A stretch of 64,000 bases of DNA from Eledone cirrhosa (taxonomy: Eukaryota), in assembly GCA_964016885.1 (NCBI GenBank), contig OZ024741.1, positions 278,814,001 to 278,878,000 of the forward strand, given 5' to 3'. Numbering within the stretch: the first letter of the stretch is position 1; every line of letters starts with the position of its first letter. This document shows positions 1 through 13,194 of this stretch, in pieces. The position numbers were made by a program, and so were the translations under genes. A model generated the notes under the pieces. It worked only from the letters and a program-made list of their open reading frames with translations. It ran no database searches and was not told the DNA's origin.

Positions 1-3000
1 TTGGGGGTGTTAGTAGGCGTCAGTCATCTTACAATCCCATTCCTTCTAACTAGCCTCTGTGTCACGTGATTGATTCTTTAGAATCGGCCATTTGACTTGA
101 AGCAGTGAGAATTTCGGTACATAGAATCCAGTCCTCGCAAGCTGTTCGATCTACCGAATTATTATTATTTTTATATGAGCCGCCAGTGTCCGCGCATTGC
201 CTGGAGACTTAACTGAGAATAGACTTCCTGATGACGCAATGAATTCTCGACAGTTGGATTACGTAACTGTCTTTATCCCATTGCAGAAACTAATTAGTTG
301 GAGTGAAAATTTAAGTAAGGAAAAAAATTTTTTTTAAATTTTTTTAAAAAAATATTTTCTTATTTTACGTCCTTTATATTATTGTTCTGCATTCTCCTGC
401 ATTGAACCACCTAGGTACTATGACATAACCTGTGTATTTGCTGGCATGGGCGTGCATCTGTGCGCTTATGTTAGTTGATATATTAAATTATCTATATTTA
501 TCTCCAAATCACTGATTTGTCGAGCAAACTTGTCAAAACCACTTCTAAAAAAAATTTTTTTGGGGGTGTTAGTAGGCGTCAGTCATCTTACCATCCCATT
601 CCTTCTAACTAGCCTCTGTGTCACGTGATTGATTCTTTAGAATCGGCCATTTGACTTGAAGCAGTGAGAATTTCGGTACATAGAATCCAGTCCTCGCAAG
701 CTGTTCGATCTACCGAATTATTATTATTTTTATATGAGCCGCCAGTGTCCGCGCATTGCCTGGAGACTTAACTGAGAATAGACTTCCTGATGACGCAATG
801 AATTCTCGACAGTTGGATTACGTAACTGTCTTTATCCCATTGCAGAAACTAATTAGTTGGAGTGAAAATTTAAGTAAGGAAAAAAATTTTTTTTAAATTT
901 TTTTAAAAAAATATTTTCTTATTTTACGTCCTTTATATTATTGTTCTGCATTCTCCTGCATTGAACCACCTAGGTACTATGACATAACCTGTGTATTTGC
1001 TGGCATGGGCGTGCATCTGTGCGCTTATGTTAGTTGATATATTAAATTATCTATATTTATCTCCAAATCACTGATTTGTCGAGCAAACTTGTCAAAACCA
1101 CTTCTAAAAAAAATTTTTTGGGGGGTGTTAGTAGGCGTCAGTCATCTTACCATCCCATTCCTTCTAACTAGCCTCTGTGTCACGTGATTGATTCTTTAGA
1201 ATCGGCCATTTGACTTGAAGCAGTGAGAATTTCGGTACATAGAATCCAGTCCTCGCAAGCTGTTCGATCTACCGAATTATTATTATTTTTATATGAGCCG
1301 CCAGTGTCCGCGCATTGCCTGGAGACTTAACTGAGAATAGACTTCCTGATGACGCAATGAATTCTCGACAGTTGGATTACGTAACTGTCTTTATCCCATT
1401 GCAGAAACTAATTAGTTGGAGTGAAAATTTAAGTAAGGAAAAAAATTTTTTTTAAATTTTTTTAAAAAAATATTTTCTTATTTTACGTCCTTTATATTAT
1501 TGTTCTGCATTCTCCTGCATTGAACCACCTAGGTACTATGACATAACCTGTGTATTTGCTGGCATGGGCGTGCATCTGTGCGCTTATGTTAGTTGATATA
1601 TTAAATTATCTATATTTATCTCCAAATCACTGATTTGTCGAGCAAACTTGTCAAAACCACTTCTAAAAAAAATTTTTTTGGGGGTGTTAGTAGGCGTCAG
1701 TCATCTTACCATCCCATTCCTTCTAACTAGCCTCTGTGTCACGTGATTGATTCTTTAGAATCGGCCATTTGACTTGAAGCAGTGAGAATTTCGGTACATA
1801 GAATCCAGTCCTCGCAAGCTGTTCGATCTACCGAATTATTATTATTTTTATATGAGCCGCCAGTGTCCGCGCATTGCCTGGAGACTTAACTGAGAATAGA
1901 CTTCCTGATGACGCAATGAATTCTCGACAGTTGGATTACGTAACTGTCTTTATCCCATTGCAGAAACTAATTAGTTGGAGTGAAAATTTAAGTAAGGAAA
2001 AAAATTTTTTTTAAATTTTTTTAAAAAAATATTTTCTTATTTTACGTCCTTTATATTATTGTTCTGCATTCTCCTGCATTGAACCACCTAGGTACTATGA
2101 CATAACCTGTGTATTTGCTGGCATGGGCGTGCATCTGTGCGCTTATGTTAGTTGATATATTAAATTATCTATATTTATCTCCAAATCACTGATTTGTCGA
2201 GCAAACTTGTCAAAACCACTTCTAAAAAAAATTTTTTTGGGGGTGTTAGTAGGCGTCAGTCATCTTACCATCCCATTCCTTCTAACTAGCCTCTGTGTCA
2301 CGTGATTGATTCTTTAGAATCGGCCATTTGACTTGAAGCAGTGAGAATTTCGGTACATAGAATCCAGTCCTCGCAAGCTGTTCGATCTACCGAATTATTA
2401 TTATTTTTATATGAGCCGCCAGTGTCCGCGCATTGCCTGGAGACTTAACTGAGAATAGACTTCCTGATGACGCAATGAATTCTCGACAGTTGGATTACGT
2501 AACTGTCTTTATCCCATTGCAGAAACTAATTAGTTGGAGTGAAAATTTAAGTAAGGAAAAAAATTTTTTTTAAATTTTTTTAAAAAAATATTTTCTTATT
2601 TTACGTCCTTTATATTATTGTTCTGCATTCTCCTGCATTGAACCACCTAGGTACTATGACATAACCTGTGTATTTGCTGGCATGGGCGTGCATCTGTGCG
2701 CTTATGTTAGTTGATATATTAAATTATCTATATTTATCTCCAAATCACTGATTTGTCGAGCAAACTTGTCAAAACCACTTCTAAAAAAAATTTTTTTGGG
2801 GGTGTTAGTAGGCGTCAGTCATCTTACCATCCCATTCCTTCTAACTAGCCTCTGTGTCACGTGATTGATTCTTTAGAATCGGCCATTTGACTTGAAGCAG
2901 TGAGAATTTCGGTACATAGAATCCAGTCCTCGCAAGCTGTTCGATCTACCGAATTATTATTATTTTTATATGAGCCGCCAGTGTCCGCGCATTGCCTGGA

Positions 3001-3285
3001 GACTTAACTGAGAATAGACTTCCTGATGACGCAATGAATTCTCGACAGTTGGATTACGTAACTGTCTTTATCCCATTGCAGAAACTAATTAGTTGGAGTG
3101 AAAATTTAAGTAAGGAAAAAAATTTTTTTTAAATTTTTTTAAAAAAATATTTTCTTATTTTACGTCCTTTATATTATTGTTCTGCATTCTCCTGCATTGA
3201 ACCACCTAGGTACTATGACATAACCTGTGTATTTGCTGGCATGGGCGTGCATCTGTGCGCTTATGTTAGTTGATATATTAAATTA

Positions 3286-3291
<6 letters not shown>
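1..3291 (+). repeat. Tandem array of a 559-bp ORF-less unit (about 5.9 copies visible, left end outside window), one hammerhead per unit; candidate non-LTR retrozyme / PLE-derived array
   Basis: Units start at 1, 560, 1119, 1678, 2237 and 2796 and are nearly identical; the last unit runs into (TA)n at ~3291. Confidence 0.95.
223..304 (+). ncRNA. Type I hammerhead ribozyme, array copy 1 (other copies at 782-863, 1341-1422, 1900-1981, 2459-2540, 3018-3099)
   Basis: stem I acttc/ggagt; CTGATGA 228-234; stem II gcaatg/cattgc with inner hairpin gacagtt/aactgtc; GAAA 286-289; palindromic stem III ctaattag; GUU triplet, predicted cleavage after 299; C-A mismatch at the base of stem II. Confidence 0.8.
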
Positions 3292-3861
<570 letters not shown>

Positions 3862-4114
3862 AGAATATATACTCTTATATAAGTAAATACAAACCAAACG
3901 TATATTTTGAAATCTTGTTGAAAATAACTTGAACCGTTTAAAGAGTTATGGAGTAAACTGAAGTATCTACTATATCGACATTTCATATCGGCGTTTTGTC
4001 GATATTCAGACATGGACATGGTCATATATAAGGAAGGACGCCAGCAGTGCAATCAAAAGCGCACTCGTTGTAAAACTTAAAACTTCACTTCTTACTCTAT
4101 GAATATATATTTAC

Positions 4115-4210
<96 letters not shown>

Positions 4211-4242
4211 ATATATATATATACACACACATATATATATAT

Positions 4243-4293
<51 letters not shown>

Positions 4294-4364
4294 ATATATA
4301 TATATACATATATATCTATAAACATATATACTGTATATACTTAACTACGTCTGACTTTCTGTCT

Positions 4365-5135
4365 ACCAGGTATTCCTCACCGACCAACCAGTGTGGGCAC
4401 CGTTTGTGAGACAGGCCTTCCCGCAACTTGTCTCGCTGACGGAGCTGCAGTCCTGGGTCAAGCGGAGACTGAAGAAGATGGGCGCCTGGCACATTGAATG
4501 TGCTAAGGCGCTCACAGTCCTCTGTCAAGCGGGCACAGCAATCAGTGGAGACTCCACTTCGACATTCTATAGAAGGTTAGTACGTCACAAGGGAGACGAC
4601 GTGCTCAGAGAGACTCTGGGCGTCGAAGACGACGAGCTCACCAGTCTATTCGGTAGAACTTTCCACCTGGGACCTATGGATAACTTCCAAAGGTCCCTGG
4701 AATGGCAGTGCTACCGAGGAGCTCTACCAGTACGAGATAAGATCTACAGGCACTGGTGCCCCAGCAGGGATCCTTCCAACAGGACGTGTCCAAGATGCGA
4801 GCAGGTCATTGAAACCGTCTTGCACGCAATTGTACACTGCCCGGGCGTAACTGACCTGTGGAACTATGCAGAACAACTGCTGTCGCGTATGGGACAAATC
4901 CAGGTGACTGCTGAGTCCTTAGTAAGGATCAAACTGCCAACCTCTTTCAAAAACGAAAGAGAGGCGGTTTTCCTTTGTATAGTGGCTATGGTGAAAGAGG
5001 TTATATGGTGGACGAGGTTGAGAGGACTGAGGACAGATGCCTTTCTCTCCGGATAACAACTCCGTTCTGTAGGTACCACTTTAGAAGGAGAATCAGAGGG
5101 AAGAGAGAGGCACTGCACCCCAGTAAATTTACTCT
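4365..5135 (+). mobile_element. L1/Tx1-clade LINE ORF2 3' fragment (zf-RVT-like region)
   Basis: ORF 4391-5056 WQCYRGALPVRDK...CPRC...ETVLHAIVHC; homologous to 40233-41800 and 34175-36160. Confidence 0.8.
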
Positions 5136-5139
5136 TTCT

Positions 5140-5960
5140 AATTAACTTAAGGATTCGAAAATAAACCCTCATATAACTACACCCAGATATATTTGATATT
5201 TTGATTGATTGATTATTTCTAGATAATTTAACGATAAGAAATTATTCATTCACAAAGCTATTCATTCACAAAGCTATTCATTCACAAAGCTATATATTTA
5301 TTTATATATATATTTTTGCATCATCTAATTATACCCTATTTATCAACGACAATACAAATCTCCCTCCCTATGCTTTATACTATAAAAATTATTTTCTCCT
5401 CGTCTCTCTATCCTTAATCAATTTTCTTTTGCTTTCGTGCATAAGATATTTCTATACTTCTAGTCACTCTCTTTTTCCTCATCTCTTTCTCTCTCTGTCT
5501 TTCACTTTTTCTTTCTTCAATAATTTAAATTATTTGAATCTCTAACAGTTATGTAAGTTTGTATTATATTAGTAGTTGTTTATTATTATGTATCTTTATA
5601 AGCTTTCTCACACGCACCCTCTGTATTATATGTAATTTTTTCATGTCTCAATCTTAAGGTATATAAATATTGAGTTCTGTCATATCTTATTCACTACCAT
5701 GACTGAATTTTAACCATCTACTTAGTCAGGGTATGTCATGCATCATCTTATTTTATCTGATGAAGACGTACTGTTGAAGATAGCTCAGTACCTCTGAAAT
5801 ATATATAATAAAATATACTTGATCACACGAATGTCTATTTTTGTTAATATTTTGAATTAATATTAATAACTCCGGAAAACCTTTTATCAGTGGAGTGCGT
5901 CTAATCTATTGTAAAACTTTATTCTTTGATTTATTCATTGCACCTTGTTTAACCTTTAAA
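5140..5960 (+). mobile_element. PLE 3' end / pseudo-LTR fragment carrying an HHR
   Basis: AT-rich non-coding segment with an HHR at 5751-5813, ending in (TA)n; HHR related to 22652-22716. Confidence 0.55.
5751..5813 (+). ncRNA. Type I hammerhead ribozyme
   Basis: ttttat-CTGATGA-aga.gtactg...cagtac.tct-GAAA-tatata-TA-ataaaa; AUA triplet. Confidence 0.8.
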
Positions 5961-5979
5961 TATATATATATATATATAG

Positions 5980-7617
5980 TTAAAAACAAAAAACAAAAAC
6001 AATAACTAACAAAAACAATACTAACAGTGTTAGTATTAGGTTCACGCTTGAGAGTGGGGGACGACGTTTCGGGCATAAGCCCTTCATCAGGAGAAAGGTG
6101 GGAAGGAAAAGAGTTCCGAGCGGGGAGTGGTGGAAAGATATTAAAATTAAGGGGAAGGAAAAAACATTTAAATGATGGAGGGGGAGGGGAGCATGAGACA
6201 GGGGGTCCAAGCGGGGAGGGCGGAAGGTGGTGTGTGTGTATGTGTGTAGGTGTGAGTGTGAGAGTCTGGAAAAGAACGAGGTTCCATGTTCAGGTAATAG
6301 GAAAACCAGTGTGTACATGGGGTGGAGCTTAAGTCAGTGTGTGTGCGTGTGGATGGAGAGAGGTCGGAGGGGTGGGGGAGAGGGGGCGTGCGGAATCCGG
6401 AGGCCGAGTATGTGTATGTGAGGATACGCACGTGTGTGTGTGTTGTGGATACGTGGGAACGTATGTGCGAAAATAGTGTAAGTGTTTGTGTGTGTGTGTG
6501 TGTATTGCTGAATATTTTCTTGGTGAGTGTATGTATTATTGGTGGTGGTGGTGGGGGGTCGAATACGGGTGGTAGGGTGGGGGTTAGTGGTAGTAGTGTG
6601 GGTGTGGAGTGGGTGGTGTATCGGTGTGTACGTGGGTGTGGGTGAGTGTATGTATGCTGGTGTGTGTTCGTGTGTGTGTGGTGAGGGGGAAGGGGGATTG
6701 GAGGATGTTTAATATTATCAGTGGTGGGGTGGTCAGATGTGGATGTGTAGGTAGGGGTTAGTGGTTGAGGTAGGGTGTGTGAATAATGTACTGGTGTGTG
6801 TGTGCGTGTTGAGAGTGTGGGTGCGCGTGTGATAGGGGGGAGGGTTAGTATCATTAGTTGTGAAGTGGACCAAGGAGGTGAGGGTGGCTGGAAGTGGAGG
6901 AGTTGGAAGAGGCAGAGGATGGTGCGGTGGAGGGGTAGGGGGAAGGGGTGGTAGGTGAGGGGGAAGCGGAGACGGTGAGTGGGGGCGCGGGGGCGTGGGG
7001 TGAGGTCGGTGGAGTGGCGGACTGCGCGGGCGCGAGTGAGGGATTGTGGACGAGGTAGGGGGTAACCTCTCCGGATGAAATGGCTGACCAGAGACTGGGC
7101 CTGAGTCTCGAAGTCACCATCTCGGCTGCAGAGGCGGCGGATCCGGAGGATTTGGGAATAGGGAAGGGAGTGTTTGGTGTGTGTGGGTGGGAGGAGATGA
7201 AGTCGAGATAAGAGTGGGAGTCGATGGGTTTGAAGAAGGCAGAGGTGACGAGGGAGCGGTGGGAGGAGTTGATGGCAACGGAGATGTCTAAGAAGTGGAC
7301 GTGGGTGGTGGAGATAGAGGTGGTGAAGTGGAGGGAGGGGTAGAAGGGACAGAAGAAGGAGAGAAAGGAGTCGAGCTGTTATCAGGTGAGGGTCATGGCT
7401 CCGATACAGTTGTCAATGTACTGACCACACAGTTCGGGCGTGGGCCCGGTGTATTGGACAAAGATTTGGGCCTCAACATGGCCAACGAAAAGGTTGGCAT
7501 AGTTGGGGCCCATTCTTGTGCCCATGGCTATCCCAGTGACCTGCTGGTAAAATTCACCCGAGAAGGAGAAGCAGTTAAGGGTGAGGACCAGCTCGGCGAA
7601 GGAGGGTGGGGTGGAGG
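5980..7617 (-). mobile_element. Penelope-like element, degenerate: RT core, C-rich 3' region and pLTR
   Basis: 7382-7639 frame: ELVLTLNCFSFSGEFYQQVTGIAMGTRMGPNYANLFVG...YIDN (PLE RT motifs); downstream FLDISV...KPIDSHSYLDF; 3' region homologous to 27500-27790. Confidence 0.85.
6060..6093 (-). ncRNA. Minimal PLE-type hammerhead motif
   Basis: Reverse complement: CTGATGA-a-gggc-ttat-gccc-GAAA-cg-TC; stem I is weak. Confidence 0.6.
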
Positions 7618-7654
<37 letters not shown>

Positions 7655-7729
7655 CTTAACTACGCCTGACTTTCTGTCTTTATGTATATATCTACCTTGC
7701 CGAGTGTGCGTGTATATATATAAAATCGT

Positions 7730-8097
7730 AGTGGTCTATTTTATGCGCCTTGCACTGGAGAAACACCAGGACTCTAGTTTTACTGTAGCACCGGCTTAGA
7801 GCAGGAGAGTTAAGGCGAAAAAGATATCAGATGCTGAATTTGCCGATGACATAGTTTTGGTGACAAATACAGTGAAGGAAGCAGAGGATTTGATGCAGGA
7901 GGTTGAGACTGTGTCGATGTGTGTGGGGCTGAGAATGAATGAGACTAAAACAAAATATCTGGTAGAGAATGTTGAGAAGCCTGAGGGGATCACTAATGAA
8001 GGCGGGAAGCCGCTAGAATTGGTTGAGGACTTCCTGTATTTGGGAGCAAAGATTGGGAATACGGAAGATGATGTGGTTGAGAGGAAGAGCAAAGCCT
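7730..8097 (+). mobile_element. RTE-type LINE RT fragment, interrupted by a SINE
   Basis: DAEFADDIVL...GLRMNETKTKYL...LELVEDFLYLG...RKSKAW; one in-frame stop. Confidence 0.75.
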
Positions 8098-8290
8098 GGA
8101 TTGGCAGTATCGGTAGAGGGTCGGACGCCATGCTTTGACGCATAGAGTTACAGCCCTTTCCATTCTGAGTTCATATCCCGCCGGTTTGACTTTGCCTTTT
8201 ATCCTTACGGGGTCGATAAAATAAAGTACCAGTAATGCACTGGGTAATTGCTGGCCTTGTGCCAAAAGTAGAAACAATTATTATTATTGT
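8098..8290 (+). mobile_element. tRNA-derived SINE, subfamily A (Meta-like central domain, (ATT)n tail)
   Basis: A-box-like tggcagtatcggt, B-box-like gagttcatatcc, gactttgccttttatcc...ggtcgataaaataaagtaccagt; multiple copies in the window. Confidence 0.8.
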
Positions 8291-8564
8291 TATTCTTTCG
8301 TGTTTGTGGCTGCGTTTCGTTCTAGTTATATAGGCTAATAATAAAATAAACATTCTTATACACTATTAACGTATTGAATACCCTTTTTTAACTGTGGTCA
8401 CCTTCTGATATAAATGCTGCTGTTTTAGTATCCTCCCTCCCCCCCTAAATACCCGATACCCATTTTCTTGTCGGACAAATGTAGAATACAGTCGCACTGC
8501 TCACGTCTGTGTAGACGGAAAATCTGACTGTTGAGAGGATTACTTGTTGATAAGTACCTCGTAA

Positions 8565-8860
8565 GGCAGTGAATTGGCAGAGTCGTTAGAACGCCGGATA
8601 GAATGCTTTGTGATATTCGTTCTGACTCTCTGCTCTCTGAGTTCAAATCCCACCGAGGTCAACTTTGCCTTTCATCCTTTCGAGGTCGATAAATAAAAGT
8701 ACCAGTCTAGTATCTCTTTCTTATTTCCTCTCTCTCACTTTCTATCTTCTTCTGGAAGAAATCTGCTGTACTCAGGTCTGGAGAGGGACGGGCCCCGCTA
8801 TGCTTAAAATGGCCAAGAAACGCCGTATGTCAATACGGTGCCCTTACGACTCGGCGGTCG
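8565..8860 (+). mobile_element. tRNA-derived SINE, subfamily B (same head and body, CT-rich longer tail)
   Basis: tggcagagtcgttag...gagttcaaatcccaccgaggtcaactttgcctttcatcctttcgaggtcgataaa. Confidence 0.8.
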
Positions 8861-9095
8861 AAACCAAAATATTTTGGTCCGGATGAAAAAGAAATGTGAG
8901 TATCTCAACTCTTTGTTAAACTGTTGGAATTCTTTAAATGTTTTTAAATGGGTGTTGCTTTCCTATCAACGAATCAATATGATAAGCTCCGAAGCGAATT
9001 TTCTACGCGCGTTGCATCGCTGCCGTTGAGCAGTTATACAGGAGGCAAGATCGAAAATTTGCGTTGGTTTCTCTGCCTATGGCATCAAATTTCCC

Positions 9096-9132
<37 letters not shown>

Positions 9133-9221
9133 TGACTGAAACTTTTTCTCCAAAATTTGTTTTCTGTTCCTTCCTCTTTTTACTCTCTATCTTTCTATGT
9201 CATCCTTTATTTCTCATTCTA

Positions 9222-9258
9222 TCTTCTGATGAAGGACTCGTATTCAAAACGTAAAGAC
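9222..9258 (+). ncRNA. Decayed minimal hammerhead motif
   Basis: tctt-CTGATGA-...-AAAA(G12 lost)-cg-TA-aaga. Confidence 0.35.
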
Positions 9259-9789
9259 TCTTTTACTTCTATAATAAGCGTTAACCTAATATATTTCTTC
9301 ATTGCTTTATATATATATTAGAGGTAAGAGGAACATAGCTTGATTCGTAATAGAAGTAGGTGTATGAGAAGGCATATACTACTATATGTTTGTGTGTTTA
9401 TGTAACATATAGAAGTCCCACTGTGGGTGTTTTAAGATGTAATCATGTCTGACATGAGGAATACAAAACTCTGCTGATTTTCGTGTGCTCCAATAACCAA
9501 GCCATCAATGTGTTTGTAGTCCATCAGCTCGGCTGATTTTCGAGTGTTCTATTTCCAAAGTCATCTGTATATTTACAGAAACCGTTTATAAAGACAGAAT
9601 GGTTAAGTAGGTAATATATTAGTAACTTGATCATGAGTAGTACTGAGTTCTAATTCTCTCTATATGCTGCTTAATGTTTCCAAACAGAACATTTCGAGGA
9701 ACTTCGGAGTCATCTGTTGTGTGTGAAGATCAGGTTTTGTGGATATCGGTAGGTGAAATAGGGATGGCTACTCCAAAGGACAAAGAGTA

Positions 9790-9965
9790 GGAAAGTGATA
9801 GAAAGGAAGTGAGAAAACGATATAGAGGAAAATCTACTACAGTACTTCTTTTATTGACCCCGGAAAGGATGAAAATTGGTGGGATTTGAACTCAAAGAGC
9901 GCAGAAAGCCGAAAAGAATAACGCGAAGCATTCTATCCGAGGCGGCTCTAATTTCTCTGCCAATA
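9790..9965 (-). mobile_element. SINE subfamily B copy
   Basis: Reverse-complement homology to 8565-8860. Confidence 0.7.
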
Positions 9966-10087
9966 CACCGCCTAGTTTCAAAGCTGTATCTTACAGATAT
10001 TCTAGTATTATGTTTAATGATGTATGAGGAACGCTCTGGTAACTTTAACTGGTTATATGATGTATGGAAGTCGTCCTGAAACATATG

Positions 10088-10153
10088 TAGTATTGCCGGT
10101 AAAATTATCATCATCATCATCATCATCATCATCGTCATCATCATCATCATCCG

Positions 10154-10199
<46 letters not shown>

Positions 10200-10246
10200 T
10201 TCTTCTTCTTCTTCTTCTTCTTCTTCTTCTTCTTCTTCTTCTTCTT
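10088..10246. repeat. (CAT)n followed by (CTT)n trinucleotide microsatellites
   Basis: Direct reading. Confidence 0.95.
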
Positions 10247-10339
10247 GGGTCCTGGGGGAGGGGGGTTGCAGAGTCCTCAAGCACGCAGGGTTGGTAAAAT
10301 CGATCGATTAAATAATATAAACAATGATAATCATACAAG

Positions 10340-10382
<43 letters not shown>

Positions 10383-10411
10383 TACATACATACATACATA
10401 CATACATACAC

Positions 10412-10453
<42 letters not shown>

Positions 10454-10515
10454 TGTGTTTATATATTAGATGTGTTTATATATACTAGATGTGTGTCTAT
10501 ATATATATACTGTAT

Positions 10516-10548
<33 letters not shown>

Positions 10549-10608
10549 CACTAGATCGGTATATATATGTATATATATATATATATATATACCGATCTAG
10601 TGTATATA

Positions 10609-10703
<95 letters not shown>

Positions 10704-10709
10704 TGTGTG

Positions 10710-10778
<69 letters not shown>

Positions 10779-10996
10779 CGTGTGTGTGTATCAAATACGT
10801 GTGTATATATTAGACGTGCATATATATCTGAAACGTGTGTATATATCTGAAACGTGTGTATTCAATGTAGAGATCGCTTTATTTTGTAAACTAGAACGAA
10901 GCAATTCGTAATGTTTGCAATGGACGTTTCTAGTAATTTGTTATGCCTGATGAATTTTAATTAAGGAAATGAATGCGAATGTACAATGCACTGAGT

Positions 10997-13180
10997 TAGT
11001 GTGTATGTGTGAATGTGTGTATGTAGTGTGTATGAAGTGGGTATGTGTGTGTATATCTTGTCCGTGTGTATGAAGTGGGTATGTGTGAATGTGTGTATGA
11101 AGTGTGTATGTGTGAATGTGTGTATGTAGTGTGTATATGTGTGTATATCTTGTGTGTGTGTGGGTGTCTGTATGTATGAAGTGTGTATGTGTGTGTATAT
11201 CTTGTGTGTGTGTGGGTGTCTGTGTGTATGTAGTGCGTATGTGTGTGTATATCTTGTCTGTGTGGGGGTGTCTGTGTGTATGTAGTGTGTATGTGTGAAT
11301 TTGTGTATGCAGAGTGTATGTGTGTGAATGTGTGTATGAAGTGTGTATATGTGTGTATATCTTGTCTGTGTGTGGGTGTCTGTGTGTATGTAGTGCGTAT
11401 ATGTGTGTATATCTTGTCTGTGTGGGGGTGTATGTATGTATGTAGTGTGTATGTGTGTGTATATCTTGTCTGTGTGGGGGTGTATGTATGTATGTAGTGT
11501 GTATATGTGTGTATATCTTGTGTGTGTGTGGGTGTCTGTATGTATGTAGTGTGTATGTGTGTGTATATCTTGTCTGTGTGGGGGTGTATGTATGTAGTGT
11601 GTATGTGTGTGTATATCTTGTCTGTGTGGGGGTGTATGTATGTATGTAGTGTGTATATGTGTGTATATCTTGTCTGTGTGTGGGTGTATGTATGTATGTA
11701 GTGTGTATGTGTGTGTATATCTTGTCTGTGTGTGGGTGTCTGTGTGTATGTAGTGCGTATGTGTGTGTATATCTTGTCTGTGTGGGGGTGTCTGTGTGTA
11801 TGTAGTGCGTATGTGTGTGTATATCTTGTGTGTGTGTGGGTGTCTGTGTGTATGTAGTGCGTATGTGTGTGTATATCTTGTCTGTGTGTGGGTGTCTGTG
11901 TGTATGAAGTGTGTATGTGTGTGTATATCTTGTCTGTGTGTGGGTGTCTGTATGTGTGTGTACGTGTGTATGTGTGTGTATATCTTGTCTGTGTGTGGGT
12001 GTCTGTGTGTATGAAGTGTGTATGTGTGTGTATATCTTGTCTGTGTGGGGGTGTATGTATGTAGTGTGTATGTGTGTGTATATCTTGTCTGTGTGTGGGT
12101 GTCTGTGTGTATGTAGTGTGTATGTGTGAATGTGTGTATGTAGAGTGTATGTGTGTGAATGTGTGTATGTAGTGTGTATGTGTGTGTATATCTTGTCTGT
12201 GTGGGGGTGTCTGTGTGTATGAAGTGTGTATATGTGTGTATATCTTGTCTGTGTGTGGGTGTCTGTATGTATGTAGTGCGTATGTGTGTGTATATCTTGT
12301 GTGTGTGGGGGTGTCTGTATGTATGTAGTGTGTATGTGTGTGTATATCTTGTCTGTGTGTGGGTGTCTGTGTGTATGTAGTGCGTATGTGTGTGTATATC
12401 TTGTCTGTGTGTGGGTGTGTGGGTGTCTGTGTGTATGTAGTGTGTATGTGTGAATGTGTGTATGTAGAGTGTATGTGTGTGAATGTGTGTATGAAGTGTG
12501 TATATGTGTGTATATCTTGTCTGTGTGGGGGTGTCTGTGTGTATGTAGTGCGTATGTGTGTGTATATCTTGTCTGTGTGTGGGTGTCTGTATGTGTGTGT
12601 ACGTGTGTATGAAGTGTGTATGTGTGTGTATATGTAGTGTGTGTGGGTGCGGGTGTGTGTATGTAGTGTGCGTGTGTGTATATGTTGTGTGCGTGTGTAT
12701 GTAGTGTGTATGTGTGTGTATATATGTGTGTGTGTACATGTTGTGTGTGCGTATATATGCGGTGTGTGTATATATGTAGTGTGTGTGTGTATATGTAGTG
12801 TGTGTATATATGTCATGCGTGTATATATGTAGAGTATGTCTGTGTGTATGTGTGTATGTGTGTATGTCTGTGTGTGTATGTTTGTGTGCACGTATGTGTG
12901 TATGTCTGTGTGTGCGTATGTGTGTATGTGTGTGTGCGTATGTGTGTATGTCTGTGTGTGTATGTGTGTGTGCGTATGTGTGTATGTCTGTGTGTGTGTA
13001 TGTGTGTATGTCTGTGTGTGTATGTGTGCGTGCGTATATGTGTATGTCTGTGTGTGCGTATGTGTGTATGTCTGTGTGTGCGTATGTGTGTATGTCTGTG
13101 TGTGTGTATGTGTGTATGTCTGTGTGTGTGTATGTGTGTATGTTTGTGTGTGTATGTGTGTATGTCTGTGTGTATGTGCG
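10997..13180. repeat. GT-rich minisatellite: ~52-bp unit (gtgtatatcttgtctgtgtgtgggtgtctgtgtgtatgtagtg...) followed by a ~24-bp unit (gtatgtgtgtatgtctgtgtgtgc)
   Basis: Recurring atatcttgtc anchor ~11050-12580; shorter period ~12840-13180; source of the long HTHT pseudo-ORFs. Confidence 0.9.
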
Positions 13181-13194
13181 TGAGGTTGGGCGCG

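Noticed and set aside
10943-10985. CTGATGA...GAAA near 10947
   Set aside because: No convincing stem I, stem III or cleavage triplet
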